Shown piece by piece: positions 36,254 through 43,665 of a stretch of DNA of 64,000 nt (position 1 is the stretch's first letter; every line of letters begins with the position of its first letter). A program made the translations under genes and the position numbers. Location: positions 100,367 through 164,366 of the forward strand of contig CAZNQD010000001.1 in NCBI GenBank assembly GCA_964575345.1, given 5' to 3'. Source of the stretch: an uncultured Bacteroidales bacterium (lineage in GTDB: Bacteria; Bacteroidota; Bacteroidia; Bacteroidales; UBA1402). Under the pieces are notes generated by a model that saw nothing but the letters and a program-made list of their open reading frames with translations, was not told the DNA's origin and made no database searches.

Positions 36254-36928
36254 ATGTCGATAGCATCGAATATTCAGGAAATCAGCAGCACATTGACTCC
36301 GGAATCTAAATTGATTGCGGTTTCCAAGTTTCAGTCCACAGACAGCATTATGCAGGCTTATAAAGCCGGCCAAAAGCGTTTCGGCGAAAACAGGGCTCAG
36401 GAAATGACTGCCAAGCACGAGGTATTGCCTGCTGATATTGAATGGCATTTTATAGGTCATCTGCAGCGGAATAAAATCAAATACATAATTCCTTTCGTTT
36501 CATTGATTCAAAGTGTAGACAGTCCGGCTTTACTGGAAGAAATCAATAAAGCGGCAGAAAAAATAATTCACGTTGTTCCCTGTCTTTTGCAAGTTCACAT
36601 TGCCCGCGAAGAAAGTAAATTTGGTTTTTCTCCCGACGAACTCAGACAATTCATGCGGGAAGGCACCTGGAAAACCTTAAGCCATGTGCAGTTGCATGGC
36701 CTGATGGGTATGGCTACTTTTACCGATAATACGGATCAGGTCAGGCGGGAATTCCGCATGCTTAGGCATTTATTTGACGAAATCCGCTCTGCTTATTTCA
36801 GCGGAAATGAAGGTTTCAGAGAATTGTCCATGGGAATGACAGGTGATTACCAGATCGCCTTGCAGGAAGGAAGCACCATGGTTCGCATAGGAACAGCCCT
36901 ATTCGGTTCACGGAAAAGCGGATTATAA
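36254..36928 (+). CDS. yggS: YggS-family pyridoxal-phosphate homeostasis protein
   Basis: LIAVSKFQ (PLP Lys), HFIGHLQRNK, SMGMTGDY. Confidence 0.9.
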   Translation: MSIASNIQEISSTLTPESKLIAVSKFQSTDSIMQAYKAGQKRFGENRAQEMTAKHEVLPADIEWHFIGHLQRNKIKYIIPFVSLIQSVDSPALLEEINKAAEKIIHVVPCLLQVHIAREESKFGFSPDELRQFMREGTWKTLSHVQLHGLMGMATFTDNTDQVRREFRMLRHLFDEIRSAYFSGNEGFRELSMGMTGDYQIALQEGSTMVRIGTALFGSRKSGL

Positions 36929-37032
36929 AATAAATCACTGCTTAAAAGGAAATTCGTACCCCCCTTATTGTTTTGAGCGGAGGTAGATTATCCGTGCCGG
37001 TCAAAAAGGAATGCTGTTGATTCCGGATAGGT

Positions 37033-37479
37033 TCAAACCGGAATCTTATCGATCCGCGTCTGATGCCTGCCCCCATCGAAACCGGTGTTCATGAATACTT
37101 CAAGTATTTGCACCGCTTCTTCCCGGCTGATGAATCTGGCCGGCAGACAACAAACGTTGGCGTTGTTGTGCTGGCGGGCTAATCGGGCTATTTCGGAATT
37201 CCAGCATAAAGTGCCTCTGATACCGGCGTGTTTATTTACAGTGATGGTCATGCCCTGTCCACTGCCGCAAATAGCTATTCCCATTCTGCATTCATCCTCC
37301 TCGACAGATTCGGCCAGAGGATGCGCAAAGTCGCTGTAGTCGCAACTGTCGGGTGAGTATGTTCCAAAATTTTTAAAAGGAATTTGTTTTTCTGTGAGCC
37401 AGTCACAAAGAAATTCTTTCAATTCAAAGCCGGCATGATCACTGCATATGGCAACCGGCACGTCGTCGTCGGGATTCAT
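37033..37479 (-). CDS. rpiB: ribose-5-phosphate isomerase B
   Basis: 148 aa. CGSGQGMTITVNKH and RHQTRIDKI motifs of RpiB/LacAB. Confidence 0.9.
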   Translation of the reverse strand: MNPDDDVPVAICSDHAGFELKEFLCDWLTEKQIPFKNFGTYSPDSCDYSDFAHPLAESVEEDECRMGIAICGSGQGMTITVNKHAGIRGTLCWNSEIARLARQHNNANVCCLPARFISREEAVQILEVFMNTGFDGGRHQTRIDKIPV

Positions 37480-37555
37480 TTTTATTTTAATATATGGAAT
37501 AATCTCATGTTAAACAGGCTGGAGATCTCAAAATCATAGTATTGATTCCAGTCGG

Positions 37556-37563
37556 CAAAGATA
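37556..37563 (-). promoter_or_regulatory. -7 box candidate (TATCTTTG) for rpiB
   Basis: Exact TAnnTTTG on the minus strand, 77 nt upstream of the ATG. Confidence 0.4.
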
Positions 37564-37645
37564 CAAATTAATTTATTTACACAAGGTCGGGCCGATTATT
37601 TTGTTTGTTGGTAAAAACTTTAAATCCTAAGCCAAAAAAACCTGA

Positions 37646-37653
37646 TATCTTTG
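37646..37653 (+). promoter_or_regulatory. -7 box candidate (TATCTTTG) for the SemiSWEET gene
   Basis: Exact TAnnTTTG, 29 nt upstream of the ATG at 37682. Confidence 0.5.
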
Positions 37654-37681
37654 TGTCTAATTGACCTTATAATTAAAGAAT

Positions 37682-37963
37682 ATGCATTTCACTTCAGTAG
37701 AACTGCTGGGACTGGCCGCCGCCTTGTTCTCGACCATCAACCAGATGCCTCAGGCCTGGAAAATAATCCGTAGTAAAGACACCGGCAGTATCTCATTATA
37801 CACCTACAGTTTGCTGTGGATAGCCGTTACTTTATGGTTGGTTTACGGAATTACCATCAACGACAAACCTCTGATTATTTCGAATACTATCAGTATTATT
37901 CCCATTACCTATATTTATTTTATCAAGCTTAAAAACGCGCTGTCGCGCAAAGAAAAAATTTAA
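37682..37963 (+). CDS. SemiSWEET / PQ-loop family 3-TM transporter
   Basis: 93 aa with three TM helices. PQ motif in NQMPQAWKIIRSKDTGSISL. Confidence 0.7.
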   Translation: MHFTSVELLGLAAALFSTINQMPQAWKIIRSKDTGSISLYTYSLLWIAVTLWLVYGITINDKPLIISNTISIIPITYIYFIKLKNALSRKEKI

Positions 37964-38745
37964 GCTTTAGATGTTCCTGCCACCAGCAGGATACTGATTT
38001 CGTAAAGCAGGAAAATAGGCAGTGAGACAATCGAGAGGGTAAAGATATCACCGGTTGGCGTAATGACGGCGGCAACAATAAGAATTACAACAATGGCGTA
38101 CCTGCGTTTCTTTTTCATAAAATCGGCCTTAAGCAGACCGATTTTAGCAAAGAACCAGGCCAATACCGGTATTTCAAACATTATTCCCATTAGGAGTGAC
38201 AAAACCACCAGGGTTTGCATATAGGAACTCAGGGTAATAGTGTTCACCACTTCCGGACTGACCTGATAAGTGCCTAAAAAACGAAAAGAGAGCGGGAAAA
38301 TAATATAATAGCTCAGCAGCACACCCAGGAAAAACAAACTGTACGCCCAAAAGAGTACTCGTCCGGAATATTTTTTTTCGTTATGGTAAAGTGCCGGCGA
38401 AATATAGCGAAAAAGGATAAATACAATGTATGGTGAGCTCAGCAATAAGGCAGCAAAAAAAGCCGCTTTCATATGTACAAAGAATTGGGCGGCAAGCTCG
38501 GTACTAATCAGTTTTACTTCGAATTCGGGTAAGGACATCTGAGGCCAGGCAAGCGACGAAGACAACTGATTGATAAGCCTGTAAAGTACGAAATCGGCCC
38601 GGTGTGGCGCCAAAATTATAGTAAAAAGGGTTTCTTTAAAGGCAAAAGCAATCATAGTCATAGCTGCCACAACTACGACTACGCGAATTAAAACAACTCT
38701 GAGTTCATCCAAATGTTCCCAGAATGTAAGTTTCTTCTCCGTCAT
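37960..38745 (-). CDS. tatC: twin-arginine translocase subunit TatC
   Basis: 261 aa with six TM helices. FWEHLDELR start is typical of TatC. Confidence 0.9.
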   Translation of the reverse strand: MTEKKLTFWEHLDELRVVLIRVVVVVAAMTMIAFAFKETLFTIILAPHRADFVLYRLINQLSSSLAWPQMSLPEFEVKLISTELAAQFFVHMKAAFFAALLLSSPYIVFILFRYISPALYHNEKKYSGRVLFWAYSLFFLGVLLSYYIIFPLSFRFLGTYQVSPEVVNTITLSSYMQTLVVLSLLMGIMFEIPVLAWFFAKIGLLKADFMKKKRRYAIVVILIVAAVITPTGDIFTLSIVSLPIFLLYEISILLVAGTSKA

Positions 38746-38754
38746 ACAGCTTTT

Positions 38755-38961
38755 TTATTGTTTATCGCTGTCTTTTTCTTTTTTATTGCTAAGCGATTCG
38801 TCGTCGGTACTGTTCATTTCTTTTTTGAAACTTTTGATGCCTTTGCCGATTCCTTTCATGATATCGGGAATCTTGGTGGCTCCAAACAATAAAAGAATAG
38901 CCAGTGCGATAAGAATCAGTTCCGGGGTACCCAACCCCAATAATAATGGCAAGTAATACAT
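38755..38961 (-). CDS. tatA: twin-arginine translocase subunit TatA/E
   Basis: 68 aa. GTPELILIALAILLLFGATKIPDIMKGIGKGIKSFKKEM (TM helix, FG hinge, amphipathic helix). Confidence 0.9.
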   Translation of the reverse strand: MYYLPLLLGLGTPELILIALAILLLFGATKIPDIMKGIGKGIKSFKKEMNSTDDESLSNKKEKDSDKQ

Positions 38962-38978
38962 ATTGTTAGTTTTTAGTG

Positions 38979-40586
38979 TTAAAATCCGAAATCGTCCAGG
39001 ACGACCTCTTCTCTTTCTTCGTCTTCAAAAACCTTGGCAGGCTGTTGAATTTCGTGTCCTTCAACATAAACAGCTTTATAAGGTGCTACGGGGCAAATAA
39101 ACTCACAGCCGCCACAACCAATGCAAATATCCGGATGTGGTTCCGGAATGGTCAGGTTGCCTTTGTAGGGAACCATTCTGAGCGCCTGGGTGGGACAATG
39201 TTCCGAACAGGCCCCACAATGGGTTTCATTACGGTAAACAACGCAGTTTTCAAGCACAAAAACCACCCTGCCCATTTGCGTACGATGTTTTTCTTCTTTG
39301 GTCAGCGTTTTCAGGGCACCGCTGGGACAAACTTCGGTACACAGGGTGCAGTCGTAATTGCAATAGCCCCTGTCAAACAACATTTGAGGTTGCATAAGAC
39401 CTTCGGCGCCGTATTGCAGCAAGCCGGGTTGCAGCACGTTGCCCGGGCATTTGCTGACGCAGAGATGGCAGGAAGTACATAAATTATTGAAACGTGCTCT
39501 GTCTCCGGCGCCGGGAGGCATCAGAGGCACAGTTCTCTTTAAAGGCCGGAGATTGTTGATCAGTTCCGGATTGAAGCCGGCGGCCAAAGCTTTGGGCAGT
39601 AATAAGCTGCTCATCATCAAAACCGAAAGAAATTCCCGTTTGGAGGCATCCGGGTTTGTTTTAGCATTTGTTTTGGCTTTGGTTTCAATTTTTGTATTGG
39701 TCTCGATTTTTTTATTGGTCTCGATTTTTGTCCGGTTCGTGTCGATTTCCTGTTTTTTTACTTTCCAAAAAGGAAGGTACCGCACCGCTTTTTTGTTGCA
39801 GGTTTCCATGCAGTTGAAACAAGCGACGCAACGGCTGTAATCGATGTTTGCTTTTTTATTATCAATACAGGAGGCCTTACAATTGAAACTGCAAAGACCG
39901 CATTGATTACAGGTTTCGTGGTTAATACTCAATCTGAACACGGAAAACTTGCTAAAAAAGCCCAAAACCGTACCTACCGGGCAAATGGTATTACACCAAC
40001 TGCGACCAAAACGCCAGGCCAGAACAGAGACCACCAACAAGCTTAGCAGGGCAAGGCCAAACGAAGTCCAACCCCAGAAAGGAATATCGACTTTGTAAAA
40101 AGTGTAATTATTGAAAGCAGTAAATAAATGCTCCAGGCCGTTGTTGGCAGCCATATATACAGGCTTGAACAAGTGAACAGCTATTCTTCCGTATATACTG
40201 TAGGGGTCAAGTAAATCCAATACCAATCCAAGGCCGCTTACATAGGTAATGACCACCAGTGATAAAACCGACCAGCGTAAAATCGTTTTTGCCTTGCGGA
40301 ATCTATGCCTGAGTTTTTTCTTGCGAAAAAGATTGGCCAGCCTGGAGACCACATCCTGATAGATTCCCAAAGGACAAATTATTGAACAATAAACCCTGCC
40401 AAAAACCAGCGTAAGCAGCAAAAGCAGCAATAAAATGCCCATGGAAAGTGAAAGTAAGGCCGGAACCAGCTGAATCTTTGTTATAGACTGCACACTTTCC
40501 GGAAGAAGATGGGAGAAATCCAGAAAAAAGAATGTCAACACAATAATGGCCACTATTGCCAGACCAATTCTAAGCTTTCTTAGCAT
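38979..40586 (-). CDS. membrane-bound polyferredoxin, apparent NapH-like / NapG-like fusion (six 4Fe-4S motifs)
   Basis: Four N-terminal TM helices with two CX3CP motifs (CSIICP, CNTICP). Two CxxCxxCxxxC motifs. A repeat linker. SKREFL plus a hydrophobic segment. Then four CxxCxxCxxxCP-type motifs. Confidence 0.75.
   Translation of the reverse strand: MLRKLRIGLAIVAIIVLTFFFLDFSHLLPESVQSITKIQLVPALLSLSMGILLLLLLLTLVFGRVYCSIICPLGIYQDVVSRLANLFRKKKLRHRFRKAKTILRWSVLSLVVITYVSGLGLVLDLLDPYSIYGRIAVHLFKPVYMAANNGLEHLFTAFNNYTFYKVDIPFWGWTSFGLALLSLLVVSVLAWRFGRSWCNTICPVGTVLGFFSKFSVFRLSINHETCNQCGLCSFNCKASCIDNKKANIDYSRCVACFNCMETCNKKAVRYLPFWKVKKQEIDTNRTKIETNKKIETNTKIETKAKTNAKTNPDASKREFLSVLMMSSLLLPKALAAGFNPELINNLRPLKRTVPLMPPGAGDRARFNNLCTSCHLCVSKCPGNVLQPGLLQYGAEGLMQPQMLFDRGYCNYDCTLCTEVCPSGALKTLTKEEKHRTQMGRVVFVLENCVVYRNETHCGACSEHCPTQALRMVPYKGNLTIPEPHPDICIGCGGCEFICPVAPYKAVYVEGHEIQQPAKVFEDEEREEVVLDDFGF
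39681..39734. repeat. three imperfect 18-bp in-frame tandem repeats (KIETN-type hexapeptides) in the polyferredoxin linker
   Basis: GGTTTCAATTTTTGTATT / GGTCTCGATTTTTTTATT / GGTCTCGATTTTTGTCCG, with degenerate copies flanking. Confidence 0.7.
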
Positions 40587-40596
40587 TCTTATTTGA

Positions 40597-41529
40597 TTAG
40601 AGCTTAATCCTTTTTATGTTCAGTTTGTTTAAGTCAGTAGTACCCAGACCTAATTCTTCTCCAAATCCCAGGTGTTTAACCACATCCATGGGCATAGAAC
40701 GAATCTGATTGAAAAAGGAAGTGGCGGCGGTATCGACTGCGACAATTTCCGGCGATACGAACAGAGCCTTTGACAAGACCACATCCGATTCAGAACGCCC
40801 CTGAGGTCCGTTGGTCTGCAAGACACGATAGGCATCCACCACATTAAGCACCGGTTTTTTGTTCAGCGTGCAAATGTCGGCAATGCATTGTTGTAAACCT
40901 TTCATATGAAAGGTCCTGCGATCCCAGACAATACCCATGTAATTTTTCATGGAAATGGTCAGTCCTGAACCACCGTGATTTTTGAGTATAGGCACATTGA
41001 TCCAGACGTCACTGTCTAAAATGGCCTGATGAATCTTGGCATCTTTAAGTATCTTTCCCTGAGGCAATTCCACTTGCCGGTAATAAGATTCCTGATTAGC
41101 GGGCAATACTTTGGCTCCGGCTTCTTTAGCGGCAGCTTCGATGCCGCTGTTTTGATAACATTTCACCCAGTCGTCGCAGGTATGATCGAACACGGTTACT
41201 TCGGAAGCTCCGGCAGCAAAACATTGCCTGATGATTTCTGCGATAAGCAGCGGATTGGTGTTTCCGGCTCTTTCGGGCACTCTGTCCCAGCCGATATTGG
41301 GTTTGATGCAAACCTTTTGTCCACTTTTGACAAATCGATTCATGCCTCCGAATTCGGCAATAGCCTTTTTGAACATTTGGTCGGGTTCTCCTCCCATAAC
41401 TGCAACCATATCAACCGCCTGTTCTGCTTTTTTCTCTTCGGGAACAAGAGCGGCCAGCGACTTTGCCGGTTTTACGGCTAATCCTATTCCGGCCAAAGCG
41501 AAAATCTTTAAAAAATTTCTTCTGTTCAT
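40597..41529 (-). CDS. DUF362-domain protein with twin-arginine signal peptide
   Basis: MNRRNFLKIFALAGIGLAVKPAKSLA (RRxFLK plus AxA). The remainder resembles DUF362 from memory. Confidence 0.65.
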   Translation of the reverse strand: MNRRNFLKIFALAGIGLAVKPAKSLAALVPEEKKAEQAVDMVAVMGGEPDQMFKKAIAEFGGMNRFVKSGQKVCIKPNIGWDRVPERAGNTNPLLIAEIIRQCFAAGASEVTVFDHTCDDWVKCYQNSGIEAAAKEAGAKVLPANQESYYRQVELPQGKILKDAKIHQAILDSDVWINVPILKNHGGSGLTISMKNYMGIVWDRRTFHMKGLQQCIADICTLNKKPVLNVVDAYRVLQTNGPQGRSESDVVLSKALFVSPEIVAVDTAATSFFNQIRSMPMDVVKHLGFGEELGLGTTDLNKLNIKRIKL

Positions 41530-41560
41530 GGCTAAATGAATGTAATTTATAAAACAAAAA

Positions 41561-41598
41561 TTCGGGAAACCCTGGCAAATATACCACAGTTTCCCGAA
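41561..41598 (-). terminator. intrinsic terminator downstream of tkt
   Basis: TTCGGGAAAC...GTTTCCCGAA 10-bp stem, followed on the minus strand by ATTTTTGTTTT. Confidence 0.6.
41576..41583 (-). promoter_or_regulatory. -7 box candidate (TATATTTG) for the DUF362-polyferredoxin-tatAC operon
   Basis: Exact TAnnTTTG on the minus strand, 47 nt upstream of the ATG at 41529. It lies in the loop of the tkt terminator hairpin. Confidence 0.45.
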
Positions 41599-41625
41599 AA
41601 AATGTAAGCTATAAACAATTATTAA

Positions 41626-43647
41626 TTAAGCCAAAAAGGATTTTACCTGTTTATAAACATTGGCAGCGTTGAAGCCCAGCTTTTCGTCCAAAACTTTGTA
41701 GGGAGCCGAAAAACCGAACGATTCCAACCCCCAGATCTTCCCTTTGTCGCCAACGAGCCCCAGAAGAGTAACCGGTAAACCGGCGGTCATACCAAAGATT
41801 TTGGATCCGGCAGGCAAAACTTCTTCCTGATAAGCCGGACTTTGGTTACGGAACAAGCCTTCGGAAGGAACCGATACTACGCGCAGTTTAATGCCGTCTT
41901 TGCGTAACAGTTCTGCTCCTTCGACCAGGGTGGATACTTCCGAACCCGAAGCCAGCAGTATAACATCAAAATCACCGTCACAACTGACCACGTAAGCACC
42001 CTTTTGGGCTTGCAAAGCTTGTTTGTACGAACTTCCGGGTAAATTCTTAATATTCTGGCGGCTCAGGATAAAAGCAGTAGGTGTATGCGTATTTTCCAGG
42101 GCCATTTTATAAGCTACGGTGCATTCGTTAGCGTCTGCCGGACGTAAAACCAACATGGAATTGTTGCCTTTGTGATTTTTGAGTTTTTCCATCAGGCGGA
42201 TTTGAGCTTCCTGTTCAACGGGCTCGTGCGTAGGTCCGTCCTCACCTACCCTGAAGGCGTCGTGGGTCCAGATGAATTTAACAGGTACCTCCATCAAAGC
42301 AGCCATACGAACGGCCGGTTTCATGTAATCGGAAAAGACAAAGAAGGTTCCGCAGGCAGGAATCACACCGCCGTGCAGGCCCATACCTATGCAGACGCAA
42401 GCCATGGTCAGCTCGGCAACTCCGGCCTGGAGGAAGGCTCCGCTGAAATCGCCCTTGGTCATGGCCTTGGTTTTTTTGAGGAAACCATCGGTTTTGTCGG
42501 AATTCGACAGGTCGGCCGAAGCCACGATCATGTTCTCAACCTGAGTAGCCAGAGTGCCAAGGACTGCAGCAGAAGCAGCCCGGGTGGCGATGCCTTCTTT
42601 TTGTTCTATAGCTTCCCAGTTAATCTGAGGAACTACTTTGTTGAACCAATCTTCCATTTTTTTGGCCAGTGCAGGTTGTTGAGCAGTCCAGGTTGCTTTT
42701 TTAGCTTTTTTGTCCTTCATTATTACTTCCAGCTCTTTACGCCTGGAGGCATAGAGTTCAGCCACATCGGGGAAAACACGGAATGGATCTGCCGGATTGC
42801 CGCCCAGATTCTCAATGGTTTTAGCGTAACTGGCTCCGGCTTCGCCCAAGGGCATGCCGTGTGTTGAACATTGGTTCTCAAAGGATTTGCCTTCTTCGGT
42901 AAGGCTGCCTTTGCCCATTACGGTATGCCCGATGATCAAAGTGGGTTGAGCTTTGGTTTGCAGGGCTTCGTTCAAAGCTTTACGAATTTCATCAACATCA
43001 TTTCCGTTGATATCAATCACTTTCCAGCCCCAGGCCTGATACTTGGCAGCCGTATTTTCGCTGGTAACAGCGGAAACACCGGTTGAAAGCTGAATGGCGT
43101 TGGAGTCGTAAAACATAACCAGATTATCCAAACCCAGGTGGCCGGCCAAACGTCCTGCTCCTTGAGAAATTTCTTCCTGTACACCCCCGTCAGAAATAAA
43201 GGTATAGATGGTTTGGTTCATCTGTTCGCCAAATTTGCTTTGCAGGAACTTGGCAGCAATGGCCGCACCCACTGCATAGGTATGTCCCTGTCCCAGAGGC
43301 CCTGAAGTGTTTTCGATTCCTCTCTGTATATCCACTTCGGGATGTCCCGGTGTGGGGCTGCCCCATTGACGGAATTGGGCCAGTTCTTCCATGCTGAATT
43401 TTCCGCTCATGGCCAGCACCGAATACAACATGGGTGACATGTGGCCGGGATCCAGAAAGAAGCGGTCGCGTCCTTCCCAGGCAGGATTATGGGGATCGTA
43501 GATCAGGTATTCAGAAAATAGTACGTTGATAAAGTCAGCTCCGCCCATCGCGCCTCCGGGATGGCCAGATTTGGCCTTTTCAACCATAGAGGCAGCCAAT
43601 ATGCGAATATTGTCGGCTGCTTTGTTCATTAATGTAGTTGAATTCAT
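41626..43647 (-). CDS. tkt: transketolase
   Basis: 673 aa. SGHPGGAMGGAD, ISDGGVQEEIS and HEPVEQ motifs. Confidence 0.95.
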   Translation of the reverse strand: MNSTTLMNKAADNIRILAASMVEKAKSGHPGGAMGGADFINVLFSEYLIYDPHNPAWEGRDRFFLDPGHMSPMLYSVLAMSGKFSMEELAQFRQWGSPTPGHPEVDIQRGIENTSGPLGQGHTYAVGAAIAAKFLQSKFGEQMNQTIYTFISDGGVQEEISQGAGRLAGHLGLDNLVMFYDSNAIQLSTGVSAVTSENTAAKYQAWGWKVIDINGNDVDEIRKALNEALQTKAQPTLIIGHTVMGKGSLTEEGKSFENQCSTHGMPLGEAGASYAKTIENLGGNPADPFRVFPDVAELYASRRKELEVIMKDKKAKKATWTAQQPALAKKMEDWFNKVVPQINWEAIEQKEGIATRAASAAVLGTLATQVENMIVASADLSNSDKTDGFLKKTKAMTKGDFSGAFLQAGVAELTMACVCIGMGLHGGVIPACGTFFVFSDYMKPAVRMAALMEVPVKFIWTHDAFRVGEDGPTHEPVEQEAQIRLMEKLKNHKGNNSMLVLRPADANECTVAYKMALENTHTPTAFILSRQNIKNLPGSSYKQALQAQKGAYVVSCDGDFDVILLASGSEVSTLVEGAELLRKDGIKLRVVSVPSEGLFRNQSPAYQEEVLPAGSKIFGMTAGLPVTLLGLVGDKGKIWGLESFGFSAPYKVLDEKLGFNAANVYKQVKSFLA

Positions 43648-43665
43648 ATTGTATAAAATTAAAAA

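Noticed and set aside
39663-39752. Short tandem repeats considered as a possible CRISPR or contingency locus.
   Set aside because: The units are 18 bp with no spacers. They are in frame inside a CDS, so this is a coding linker repeat, not a CRISPR array. No cas genes occur anywhere in the window.
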